From positions 1 through 64,000 of the forward strand of contig NIVC01002177.1 in NCBI GenBank assembly GCA_002269645.1: a stretch of DNA of 64,000 bases, in the 5' to 3' direction. How positions within the stretch are numbered: the stretch's first letter is position 1; the number at the start of each line of letters is the position of its first letter. Below are positions 34,036-46,719 of this stretch, in pieces. The position numbers were made by a program, and so were the translations under genes. Source of the DNA: Macrostomum lignano. Its lineage: Eukaryota. The notes beneath the pieces were generated by a model. That model was not told the DNA's origin, searched no databases, and saw nothing but the letters and a program-made list of their open reading frames with translations.

Positions 34036-35038
34036 CAGATAAAAAAAGAAAAGAAACAGGTTACTCATAAAACAGAATTTTAGCAGCTTTAGAAAAGCAT
34101 CAGCAACCAAGATTGAAGTGGACAAACAATTAAAAAATGAGCAGTCTTGCACAAATTTCAGATCAGTGTATATTTATTTAAAAGTTAATCAATATGTATA
34201 CATACGCCTTCTAAATCAGTAAAATGTTCAGCATCAACTACTGGGTGCAAAAGTAGGCACTTTCGTTTGTACGATGAGTATTTATAAATTCATACAGGGC
34301 TGTATAAGGGTGTTATAGCCAACAGGTCAATGAGTAAATACATATAATTATTGTTTTTAAAAGTCGAAAAAAACAAATGTAAGGCAAATTGAGAGTTCAG
34401 AACCAGATCAAACGGAGAGAGTGTGGCAGACACAAAATGCTCAAAAAACAAGTGTAACACACAAGATGTCGCAAAGTTTCTTTCTAAAGCTAATCTTTAA
34501 GAAAGCTTGAAAACTTAAACATTAGCACTTTAGGTGGCTAACGAAGAAAGTAGATTCAAAGAACTACATATTACTGTTAGTAGAGTATTGCTAAAAAGAG
34601 TCTTGAAGATCAGGTTGATGTCAGATTTTAAACGCTATATAGACCGAATCAATTACATTTTTGTTAATAAGTTTCTTTGTACAGAATTCATAATTAATGT
34701 TTGAAATTCAAATAAATAAACTGTACATGAGAATTTTCTTAGATATGGCGCAATCGCGAGTTCGCATGCATTAGATTAAATATATATTACATAAGGCAGC
34801 GTATTGCACGCCAAAATCGGGTGCCAGCAAATCCGATGCCTGCTGCTACTATGAGTAGAAAAGTTGAAAAAAACAACCAGGATGCAGGATAACTTTTTGT
34901 TGAACGTTTCTAATTTGAAAAAAGGACAAAAAATGACAAAAACAGACCTCAAATTTGATTGGAGGATAATTGAAAAAAAAGAATTCGCACCCAGTTAAAT
35001 TTATGACCCAATTGCACCATATCCACTAATAATTAACC

Positions 35039-38000
35039 TCAGTCATGGTACAGGTGATAATGGAAGTGATGATGGTGCCTGTGAATGCAGCGTTTCACTT
35101 CACCCTCGGTGGTTGCTGGGGCGGCGGAGGCGGCGGCGGCGGCAGCTGGAACGGCCGTATGATGAAGCGGTTCACTGTGCAGCCACTCGGCCACCAGCTG
35201 CATCGCCTCCAGATGCCGCCAGTGGCTTCCGCCGAGTGTTGAACGCGGCGGAGGCGGCGGCTGAGAACCGGATCGCCGAGCGAACGACGGATCAGACTGT
35301 TGCTGCTGCTGCTGCTGCTGCTTGGTGGCGTGCCGGCGCCTGCGGCTTCGACCAGACGGTGCTGGCAGCGGCGGATTTGTCGGCGGCTCCGGCTGCTCAG
35401 TCGGCGGCGGCGGCGGCGGAGGCGGAGTTGGCGAGGACAACCGTCGGCCAGATTGGCTGCGATGGCGCCTGCGAAGGAAAGCGGCAGAGCGCCGGCCAGG
35501 CAGCGGGAAACAGACGGTGGCGCTGGCCGGGCCGGCGGCTGTGTCGGCGGCGGCGGCAGCCGACGAGCCGCCTTCATTGCCAGCCGGTTCAGCCGGCGGC
35601 ACCGGGGAGAAAGTCAGCTTCAAGCAGAGCGACGAGGAGCCGCTGACGCCACCGCCGCCGCCGCTGCCACCGGAGCCGACTGAGCGCTGGATGATGTCAG
35701 ACAAGGAGCGCATCAGGGCGGTCAGGTCCTACGCGGCGGAGAGGGGGATTAAAGTTCAACAAAATTCACAGGACTAGTTTGCTTATTGTAACAGACCGGC
35801 ATTGCCTACTGACTTAGTAGTGAGAAAAGGACTTTAAAACGAATGCATACTACTAAGACATAACTAAGCTACACACTCTGTGCCGCTGCCTCATACTCAC
35901 TTCCTTAGTGAACTTGCCCCGGCCATCAAAATCGTATAGCGTGACGGACCATTCGGCTTCGGGTTCCTGCTGCTTCTGTTGCTTCTGCTGCTGCTGCTGC
36001 TGCTGCTCGATTGACGATTGCTGCTCCGAGTTTTCCTGTTGGAGAATCGAACTCGCGACGCCAGTTGCAGCCGCCGTCTCGTCATCTTCAACACGACGAT
36101 GATGCCGACGTCGATGCTGCAATCGACGCTTGCCGCTAAAGTAGGGCTAAGCAAGCATTGGGTGTTCGGATGTTTTGGAATTGTACTACTGATTTAGAAG
36201 AATAGTGTAAGTAGTATACAAGCAGGGAATTTTAAAGAATTTTCTGTTTTTGGGTGCTACAGAGGGCGATTCATGGGTGTTACAGAGGGCGATTCATGGG
36301 TGTTACAGAGGGCGATTCATGGGTGTTACAGAGGGCGATTCTTAGGTGTTACAGAGGGCGATTCTTAGGTGTTACAGAGAGCGATTTTTGGGTGTTATAG
36401 AGGGCGATTCTTGGGTGTTACAGAGGGTGATTCTTGGGTGTTACAGAAGGCGATTCTTGGGTGTTACAGAGGAATTTTGGTGAAGAGGGCTAATTGCCAG
36501 AAGGGTTTAACTCCTGTATTTAATGATACTTGACGGCACTCAACAGCAGTGCATATAATAAGTAAGCATAATTTAGAAGGCATTGGTCGCAGAGAGTTAC
36601 CTCCAGTGTTAGTTTAATGCTTCTGGGCACGCTACTATAAAAATTCTCGTGCGACTCCCTGCAGCCCAGTAAATCGTCCTGCGCAATTGAGTGTTGCAAA
36701 ATCTGCTGCTGCTGCTGCTGCTTGCGCAGCTTTTTCTTGTTTTTCTTCTCTTTCTGTTCCTGTTGCTTATTGCTGTTCTCTTCTGCTGCAGAAGATTCCG
36801 CCGCTGGCTGCTTACCGCCACTGCTGCTGTTCGGTTTCTTCGAGAAGAGCACTGCGTGGGATTGAAAAAAAATGGAATTGACCTGGGTCTAGTACTCGTA
36901 AAATTTGCAAGTGCATGAGACAGAGGATACGCTCAGTGATGATTGGCCACGGCCCAGCTCGATTCTTATTTGACAAGACATTTGAGCTCATCTGCACTTG
37001 TAAGGATTTCTCGGGATGCGGAGGAGTTGGGATCTTTGAGGATTTCTAAGAGTTGGGATCTTTGAGGATTTCTAAGAGTTGGGATCTTTGAGGATTTCTA
37101 AGAGTTGGGATCTTTGAGGATTTCTAAGAGTTGAGATCTTTGAGGATTTCTAAGAGTTGGGATCTTTGAGGATTTCTAAGAGTTGGGATCTTTGAGGATT
37201 TCTAAGAGTTGGGATCTTTGAGGATTTCTAAGAGTTGAGATCTTTGAGGATTTCTAAGAGTTGAGATCTTTGAGGATTTCTAAGAGTTGAGATCTTTGAG
37301 GATTTCTAAGAGTTGAGATCTTTGAGGATTTCTAAGAGTTGAGATCTTTGAGGATTTCTAAGAGTTGGGATCTTTGAGGATTTCTAAGAGTTGGGATCTT
37401 TGAGGATTTCTAAGAGTTGGGATCTTTGAGGATTTCTAAGAGTTGGGATCTTTGAGGATTTCTAAGAGTTGAGATCTTTGAGGATTTCTAAGAGTTGAGA
37501 TCTTTGAGGATTTCTAAGAGTTGAGATCTTTGAGGATTTCTAAGAGTTGGGATCTTTGAGGATTTCTAAGAGTTGGGATCTTTGAGGATTTCTAAGAGTT
37601 GGGATCTTTGAGGATTTCTATTGGGATGCAGAGGAATTAGAGAGACGTGTTTTCCAATGTCTAAACGTGATACGCAGGCCAGTTTAAGCAATTAAAAAAA
37701 GAATAAACAAGTACGCGAATATTCTGCGTGAGATCTGAAAGACAGGCGGCACAGACAGAGCAATAAAAGATACAATAGAAACTGCAGCAGAAAACTGTGC
37801 CAAAACACTGCTCAGCGCTGCACAATAAAGCAAGGAAATCCTCATTGTTGGATTATGATTTTGCAAAGATATCGGATTAAATAAAAAACGCATAGCCATA
37901 AAATCCCTATGGCGCTGGAGTCCATCGTCTCTCTCTCTCACAGCTAAAATGCAGAGCAAACAATGCTCCCCTCCCTGGCATAGGGAGATATCCCCATTTG

Positions 38001-38557
38001 TGGGAGAACAATTTTTTGAGGGGAAGAAGCGAGGAGGAATGCGGCTTATCAAAGCAAATGACTAGCTATACCAGATAGATTGAGAACAGAGGGTGCAGCG
38101 GTGCTCAGCATTAACAGAGATCAGACACTGAGCAAGGTTTTACCGAACACTAATACACTTGTACACACTTTGCTTTTCAGAGGGATTTGACCTTCATTGT
38201 CCTCACAGATAGAACTCACTGCAGATGATATACACTTATATACGTATACTCTTGCATACTACTTTTGGGACCTGCAAGCTGTGAGTAGTATAAAACTGCC
38301 AAAATTATTAATTACGCCTGACATGGACACCCGCCAGTCAGCTAGCGGTTTAACACAGATTCGAGCCCGGGTCCTCTGGCCCCAAAAGAGCAATACCCCT
38401 CCCTAAGCAATGTATAAATAGGCAAAAACTCACTGGACATGAACGGCAGCCGCCCTTGTCCGACATCCAATGCCGCGGCCGGCTGACTCATGTCCGATTC
38501 TCCGATGTCCGAATAGGACGAAGATCGCCGCCGCCAGACGCTGGTTTTGGTTGGCAT
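35039..38557 (-). CDS. nkd: Naked cuticle homolog (Dishevelled-binding Wnt antagonist, about 436 aa)
   Basis: Proposed exons 38557-38434, 36851-36601, 36146-35901 and 35728-35039 (phase-consistent, GT-AG). EFX/EF-hand EWSVTLYDFDGRGKFTKE|DLTALMRSLSDIIQRSV...LCLKLTFSP and C-terminal His-rich tail IHRHHHHFHYHLYHD* are diagnostic of Nkd. The last two exons are secure; the first two are inferred from splice and phase fit only. Confidence 0.85.
36257..36470. repeat. 23-bp minisatellite (TACAGAGGGCGATTCATGGGTGT), in nkd intron 2
   Basis: Tandem periodicity, about 9 copies. Confidence 0.92.
37024..37621. repeat. 26-bp minisatellite (GAGTTGGGATCTTTGAGGATTTCTAA), about 23 copies, in nkd intron 1
   Basis: Very homogeneous tandem periodicity. 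Confidence 0.95.
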
Positions 38558-39480
38558 GGCAACGCCTCGCGCTCTCGCTCTATCTCTCTCGCCTTAGTTC
38601 TCTTGCGCCAGAGTTAAGGAGAGGGGCCGGCTACCCCGTATTAGCAATCAGCTGGAAAAATGTAAGACCTTGCCTGTTAATATTTTGGTTAGAATTCTCC
38701 GAGTTCAAGCACGGCTTTAGTTTGAGTAATAATCCCTCTGCATCTCTGCTCATAAATATATGCAATTTAAAATATAACACGTATTATTTATAATTTCTAA
38801 TCGTTAGAGAAGCTAGAACTGCTAGATCTAAAAAACATTGTGTACAAGAAAACGTTTCAAAATTAACCAGATAAATAGTTGCTACTTTTTTCAATTTGAA
38901 TAACTCAAAGCAAACTTATTGGGTATTCCTTCATTTCTCGATAGTTAAACCGCACAGCACAACCTCGACAAGCTGGCGTGTACATAAACTATAGGAATTG
39001 AAACAGAAAAGCAGAACAATATTCAAACATTTTCTTAAAGCGTTACTAATAGTAAAACAATATGAAAATAATGCTGAAGCAAATATTTCTGTTTTTACAA
39101 TGCTACATGATAAGCGCGCTGAAATCGCAAGTTTTGGTTTGTTAAAAATAAATAAAACAATAATAATAATAATAATAGCAACAATAGAACTAAGGCTGCT
39201 CACTGATTATGTTGGGCAGCAGCGTCAACTTCTTCTGTACACAAGCAGCAAAGCAATCAACGGGAAGTGGAGGTGGCAAAGCAAAATTAAAGCAACTTCA
39301 TGTAGCAAACTGTTTTCATTAGTTGCCAGGTTGGGACACAAATTTATACAACAAAGGAAGATGAGCAAAAACTCAAAATAGGCCGCATCAGTTTTAGAAA
39401 CATAGCCTTTTGCGCTCATCAATTCGGTCTACTGACAAATTGGCGAAGGACCTCGCCTTCGCTTAACAGATTCAGCATCT

Positions 39481-40300
39481 GAGAGACTGGCCCAGCAGCT
39501 GAGGATCTGAGAGACTGGCCCAGCAACTGAGGATCTGGGAGACTGGCCCAGCAACTGAGGATCTGGGAGACTGGCCCAGCAACTGAGGATCTGGGAGACT
39601 GGCCCAGCAGCTGAGGATCTTGGAGACTGGCCCAGCAACTGAGGATCTGGGAGGCTGGCCCAGCAACTGAGGATCTGGGAGGCTGGCCCAGCAACTGAGG
39701 ATCTGGGAGACTGGCCCAGCAGCTGAGGATCTTGGAGACTGGCCCAGCAGCTGAGGATCTTGGAGACTGGCGCAGCAACTGGGGATCTGGGAGACTGGAC
39801 CAACAGCAGATGATCTGGGAGACTGGACCAACAGCAGATGATCTGGGAGACTGGACCAACAGCAGATGATCTGGGAGACTGGCCCAGCAGCTGAGGATCA
39901 GGGAGACTGGCCCAGCAGCTGAGGATCTGGGAGGCTGACCCAGCAGCTGAGGATCTGGGAGACTGGCCCAGCAACTGAGGATCTGGGAGACTGGCCCAGC
40001 AGCTGAGGATCTGGGAGAATGGCCCAGCAGCTGAGGATCTGGGAGACTGGCCCAGCAACTGAGGATCTGGGAGACTGGCCCAGCAGCTGAGGATCTGGGA
40101 GAATGGCCCAGCAGCTGAGGATCTGGGAGACTGGCCCAGCAGCTGAGGATCTGGGAGACTGGCCCAGCAGCTGAGGATCTGGGAGACTGGTCGAACAGCT
40201 GAGGATCTGGGAAACTGGTCGAACAGCTGAGGATCTGGGAGAATGGACAAACAACTGAGGAATGAGGACCTGAGAGTTGATCCAGCAACTGGGGATCTAG
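39481..40300. repeat. 28-bp minisatellite (GAGACTGGCCCAGCAGCTGAGGATCTGG), about 29 copies
   Basis: Tandem periodicity. Confidence 0.95.
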
Positions 40301-40822
40301 GTGATTGACCCCCAAAGTTCTTCAAGGCAATATAAAGACACAAATCTGCAATATTTGGCTGCACAATACTAAATAAACATTGCAATGCAGAAATTCAATC
40401 ACAGCGGGAAAAAACTAGTAAAGTAAATCAACTGACACAAAGTTCTGATAAATACGCTCGTAAGCAATATCTGAGAGTAGGCAGCAGGACAGAAATGATG
40501 TATTGTGTATGCAATAAGACTGCATTTGTTTTCAAAGCTAATAAATGAACAAACAATTTAAAAAAGCTACGGTATAAGAGCACAACTAGTACTCAATAAA
40601 CCAAAGTGTGCTGGGGATTTCTAACAGAGCAAAAAAGTTCTACAAAGTTAAACAAAGACACTTGAATATATAATATTAAGCAATTCGCAAAAAGAAGCTA
40701 AAGGCAAACTTTAAACAATCGGCAACGAATGAACAGTAATTCTAATACTTAATAACTGGATTGACAACTGGGTTGGCTGGCTTTGCTAAGATTGGGCTGC
40801 TACAGCTGCTAGATTTCTATCG

Positions 40823-43321
40823 TCATGGCGGTGACAAAACGTTGGGCAGAAATCTTCGCAATACGTCCTCTCTAAAATCGGTGGAGAAAAAGTGTTCAAA
40901 GTGTTTTTTTATAAATTATTTATAATGCTAGTACCATTGATGACTTAATGACTTTAATGACTGGGACCTGCTAGAGTGAGCGGACTGGGACCTGACAGAG
41001 CGAGCGGACTGGGACCTGTTAGAGTGAGCGGACTGGGACCTGACAGAGCAAGCGGACTGGGACCTGACAGTGTGAGCGGACTGGGACCTGTTAGAGTGAG
41101 TGGGCTGGGACCTGACAGAGTGAGCGGACTGGGACCTGACAGAGTGAGCGGACTGGGACCTGACAGAGTGAGTGGGCTGGGACCTGACAGAGTGAGTGGG
41201 CTGGGACCTGACAGAGTGAGTGGGCTGGGACCTGACAGAGTGAGTGGGCTGGGACCTGACAGAGTGAGTGGGCTGGGACCTGACAGAGTGAGCGGGCTGG
41301 GACCTGACAGAGTGAGTGGGCTGGGACCTGACAGAGTGAGTGGACTGGGACCTGACAGAGTGAGCGGACTGGGACCTGTTAGGCGATTTAATTAACAAAG
41401 CGAATGAGCAAACTCACTGAAGCAGCACAGGCAGCTGTCCTAGAGGCAGTCGCCAGCGGACCACTGCCAGTGCGCAGAGAGTCTGCAGACTGGGCAGGGC
41501 CTCCAGAACGAACATATCGGAGAGGTCTTTTAATCCCATAATGGAATCGTCAGGTTCCTCTTCCAGCTGTTCAAGAGGCTCAACATCGTCTGGCGGTTGC
41601 GGCCCAGACTCCTGACGCTCGACATCATCGGCCGGATCGGCCTCGCTATCGGAGTCGTCAACCGAGGCTCGCAGGGCCGGCAGCCTGGCCAGGAGCGGGG
41701 CGTACAGTCGCTGAAACTCGGCCGCCGGAAGCGCCGGCTGGAAGCTGTACCGAACGAAACGGCAGGTGCCGCCGAACAGGATCACCCGACTGTTGGACAC
41801 TGGCACGGCTACTAGCCGCCTTCTTGGGCACGGGCCGCGATAGAATGCGGAGCAGGGCTCAGCCCGAGTCACCGAGCCGCTGCACGGATCCAAGCACCAC
41901 AGATCGTTGAGATGCCCGTCCTCATGTCTGATTCGCAGGTCGTTAAAACCGAACCCAAAGTAGATTCGTTCGCCTAAGCGGAACATTGTACCAGACCGTC
42001 TGCCCTGAACATTGTCTAGTCTAGCTCGGAGACTCCACGATTGAGAGTCGGCGTCGAAATAATAAATGCTGGAATCGTAGCAGGACTCGCCTGAGAACAC
42101 GTGACCGGCTGCGTCACTGCGGCCGCCCCACAGAAAGAAGCCGCGCCTCCAGGCTACGCAGCAGCTGAAGTCGCGTGGCGACGGGGCCTCCGGTATTCCG
42201 CTCTGCGGGCATGAGGGTATGAGAATATGAGGGTATGAGAGCATGAGGACATGAGGGTATGAGAATATGAGGGTATGAGGGTATGAGGGCATGAGGGCAT
42301 GAGGGTATGAGAATATGAGGGCATGAGGGTATGAGAATATGAGAATATGAGGGTATGAGGGTATGAGAATATGAGGGCATGAGGGTATGAGAATATGAGA
42401 ATATGAGGGTATGAGGGCATGAGAATATGAGGGTATGAGGGCATGAGGGTATGAGGGCATGAGGGCATGAGAATATGAGGGTATGAGGGCATGAGGGCAT
42501 GGGCATGAAGGTATGAGAATATGAGGGCGAGGGTATGAGGATATGAGAGTATGAGGGAGAGTATGAGAGTATGAGAATATGAGGGTATGAGGGACGAGGG
42601 CATGATGGCATGAGGATATGAAGGCACGAGGGCATGAGGGTATGAAAATATGAGGGCATGAGGACATGAACCCCACCTTTAGATAACCAAAAAAGGCAAC
42701 ACTCACTAGCACGGCTCGAATCCTAGTCCACTGCAGATTAATCAAATCACAACAATAAACCTGGTTTTCGTATTCCTCCGCGGCAGTGAAGCCGCCAAAT
42801 ATGAACATCCGATTGTCAACCACGCAGGCGGAGTGGCCGTCCCGACTAGGCGGCACCTGGCCGGAGCCGCTGTGAATAGTCCAAGCCAGCGATATGGGGT
42901 CGAACTGGCACACCTGCGGCGGCGCCACCAGCCTGTCGTTGCGGCCGCCAAACATGTATGCGCAGCCATCGAATTGTACAACAGTGTGACCATAGCGCAG
43001 CAGCGGCTTGTCCGGCTGGTCAACCTCGGGTTGATCGGCAGCGTAGCAACGCGTCGAATGAGTGACATCTGTCCAGCGCAGGCTGCGCACATTCAGGCAC
43101 TGTACATCAATTCGACGCAATTGGCGAAGATAGTGCGCCCGATTGCCGGAGAAGCCGCCAAATGAATATACGAATGAGTTGATGAGGACGGCAGCGTGGT
43201 TCACTCGCTCCAGGCAGCCCTGCAGAGCGGCTGTCCAGTAGAGACTGTGGCCGGATTCTTTGGCGCCGGCCGCCGCCAATTTCCCCGACGGCGTTGCCAG
43301 TTCTTTCTGTTGGTCAAGAGT
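40823..43321 (-). CDS. KLHDC3: Kelch domain-containing protein 3 homolog (kelch propeller plus C-terminal BC/SOCS-like box); start exon not found
   Basis: Exons 43321-42707, 42202-41418 and probable last exon 40871-40823. Motifs YWTAALQG..RVNHAA..VYSFGG, RYGHTVV..YMFGGRND, RDGHSACV..MFIFGGF, RDFSCC, GRRSG, GPCPRRR..ILFGGT, DLSDMFVLEALPSLQTLC follow KLHDC3 as I recall it. The long track ORF 41414-43378 reads through a repeat-filled intron. Confidence 0.88.
40958..41380. repeat. 24-bp minisatellite (CTGGGACCTGACAGAGTGAGTGGG), in the last KLHDC3 intron
   Basis: Tandem periodicity, about 17 copies. Confidence 0.94.
42209..42665. repeat. 8-bp variant microsatellite (ATGAGGGT / ATGAGGGC / ATGAGAAT) filling a KLHDC3 intron
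   Basis: Tandem 8-mers inside intron 42203-42706. Confidence 0.93.
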
Positions 43322-46300
43322 CTGCAACAGACACAAAATGCCTTTTGTATTATGACAAGTTATTAAAAAACTAATCATTTTACTATTAGTAGCAGATAAA
43401 GAACGTGCACAGTGGTTTTATTATTCACTAGATCTTCCCTTTATAACCTTTTATTGCTAGTATAGCTGGTGTCAATTTAAAGTTTGTTTAGTATTAAATA
43501 ATATATATACTACTCTATTATTTTTACAGTAAAGCATAAAAATGTTTATATGCTAAGTAATAATATTCTATATTTTTATCAGTTTAACTATCAGTTGTAT
43601 AGTTTTTAAAATATTTATGGTGGTCTAGTCCAACATCTATAAATAATATAGTTCCACTGTTGCTATGGATATGACTATAGGAAGTTATAGATTATTAGGT
43701 TTTTAAACAGAACATATGCATATATTGTATTGTAGGGTATGGGATATTATAGGGACTCAAACAACATTTTTGACACCACATGCATTTGTGATTGGGATGG
43801 AGGGTTAACCCAGTTCTAGTTGAACCCAGTTGGGTGAATAAAGTACACTGAGTGAGTGGATAATAATGCTAATAATGCTAGGAAGCTGCCTAGCATTTGT
43901 CACTATCAAAGGAGGCTAGGTTGCAAATGAGGCTTCTTGCAAACCAACTAATAAGCAGGCCATCATTATTAGAAACAAAAGATCTTAGTAAGAATTGAAG
44001 ATTTTTTGCTTTAGTTACAACTTACATAAATATTATAAGAGGAGATATAAGAAGCAAGATGAGAGAGAAGGCAAAGAGAAGAGAGGAAAAAGAAGAGGAG
44101 AAAAGAGGGGAAAGAGGGGAGAGAGAAAAGAAAAGGGAGTAAAGAAGGGAGAAGAGAGGGAAGAGGATGGATAAGAAAAGAGAGAAGATAGGCTTCTAAG
44201 CATTTATACTGCTCTAAAGCAATTTTACTGCTTTGTAGCAATTTACTGTTTTAATCTAAGGTGGTTCTCACTTTTAAGGTTTTAATTCTCTCACTTTGGG
44301 GTCTCTTGTAAAATAAATAAAGTCTCTTGAATTGCCAAAGTGAATTCAATTAGTAGCCTTTTCAAATTAAAAGTTAATAGTTAAGATTGCTTCATAAACA
44401 AGTTTGCTCTTTCAGTTTTTGGTCTTCTATATATATGAAACTTTAAACTATTTAAAACAAAATATATTTGAAAAATATTACTTTGGAACACAACATTTAA
44501 ACAAACTTTTTGTCAGTAATTCAAGTATGGTATTTTTGTTAATGAAAAAGGCACATTATTAAATCATGACAAGAGTATAATAAAATGTATATTATAATAT
44601 AATGCACTACTTCATATAATCATTTTTGTTTTATGTGTTGACTATAAAAATGCTAATTGTAGGCCTAGTCACAAACTTAATAACAACTGTCTTTTTATTA
44701 ATAATATATTGATTGTTACAATTATATAATTATATATTATTATATGACTTTTTATTATTAAATAAACTATCCTAAAATTCCTAGCAGTCTTAACCCGATT
44801 AAACCCATTTTAGGAAACAATTATTAAAATATTAATTTTTAAACATGTTGCTTGCTATTTATCATATGTGTGCATTGCACTCTTTCCATTATTTTGTGTG
44901 ACTCCCTCTCATCAAAACTTTTTTTACTAATTACTATCTAACCTGATTGTCTTGAATATTATTTCACCCCATCTGCAATACTGACTTGCTCTAAGATATG
45001 TATGGAAAGTTTGACCAGACAATGAGACCAAGCCACATAATGGGCACTTTCCTAATCCTTGGCATGTATCTAAAACTTAAGAGTTAGGCTCTAGGCTTCA
45101 CATTCAGTACTCCTCGAATTTTGGCATCTCACTACTCCCTTCTCTTTACCATCTTATTAGGCTAGCCTAGCACTTCTCATTGAGCCTTGGCAACTTTTTA
45201 GCAATGAAATACTACCAGACAATCAAATCCAACACAGTCTTTGTGCCTATTTTTGGGCTTGATTGCTCATAACTTAACTTGGTCTTGAATATGTTATGTT
45301 TCACTTCATCTTCAGAACTTTGTAGGGGGTAGTCGACTTTAAGGGTGTAGTCGAATTCGTTATCTTATCTCAGGCAAGACGCCATCACTGATGATGACTG
45401 ATGAGGTCACTTTCACACGAGAAATAAATATACCGAATTTAGGAATTCAGTTAAAGTTAATTACGAAAATTTCTTGGAATTTTTTGTTTTTAAAGTTAAA
45501 AGCAGACTCTCACGAACTTTTTAAGGGGTAAAGGATGAACAAAAAAACTAAAAAATTAAACTGCCTCTAACAGATTATGTATAACGTAACAATATATTCA
45601 GCAAATTATGAAGGGTGCTTTCACTGACCACGACCTGCAGTTATGCACATTTTCTTATTCATAAAAGAATTTTAATTCAACATACACTGTATGCCATTCA
45701 TACATGATCGAATTCGAATTTCTCATCGCCAGTCCAAATCACCCACAAGCTACATAAAGTAATAATATTGTACATACTTCACAAGTATATAAGTGAAAGA
45801 AAGAAATTTAGTCCAAAGGGCCGGTGTTGGTACCGTTCGTGTACATGGTATGACAACAATTGTGAAGCTGTTCACAGAACTGCAAGTCTTTAGATGACTA
45901 ATAAAAACCAATGCTACATAGTCTTTTGCAGCTTAACATCATATGACGAATTCTGAGATGACGATCATTCGACTATACCTTTACATGTATGTAAAATCTC
46001 ACCTCAACCATGACTTCTCCGGTCCTCATGCAGTGTTGCTTTAGCTTTAACATGACAACCGATTTCCTAATTTGAAATCAAAATCCAAAAACAGGATTAC
46101 GTTCATGCAATAATATTTTTACATTTTTTAAGACACCTAAATTTCACAGTATATTTTGTACTACATTTTTTACACGGGCATGCATGTACATGTACATGCA
46201 CAAGGCCTAACGGAACGGCTGCACAAATACATGTACATGCAGTACTCATTATAGGAGAGATTCAACTAAGACTACCGAGAAAAGTAGACGAATGCAGATT

Positions 46301-46719
46301 TGAATCGTAAAATATTAACGCGTAAGCTTGAAAAAATATCCCTTGAAAAAAGGACGACGTAAAGATCGAGCGTAGCCGGTGAAAAAACAAACGGCAGCAT
46401 AAAAGAAACGACTCTGCACACTACGAGTGGTGGGAGCTACAGGGGGCTTGTGGCTACAGATACTTAAAAAATAACCATGTATATATGGGCCAGCTCAGCA
46501 TATTTGCATAGTTTTAAGTCTGGAAGCATGGCTTCTAAACTTCGCAGTCATATTCAGATTTCAGTGCATTTACTTCAATAAATAGCTTGTCTTTCGATCT
46601 TGCAATTGAACTGAGAGTAGAAAACTGTACGATTTTACTAAGCATTCTATGCATAAGTGACCCATCTACTTTTAATTATTTTACTAGTAGTAGTACACGT
46701 ATCGATCTGTGTGGCTCAC

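Noticed and set aside
35045-36918. Plus-strand ORFs over nkd exons
   Set aside because: Antisense shadows of GC-rich, polyQ/polyP-coding exons.
39419-39480. EGEVLRQFVSRPN* as an alternative last exon of KLHDC3
   Set aside because: It would need a weak AAG acceptor with no pyrimidine tract; exon 40871-40823 has a much better acceptor and the correct phase.
45398-45425. CTGATGA...GAAA, a possible hammerhead ribozyme core
   Set aside because: No complementary stem II between CTGATGA and GAAA and no stems I/III found; the same applies to CTGATGA in the 20.7-kb array.
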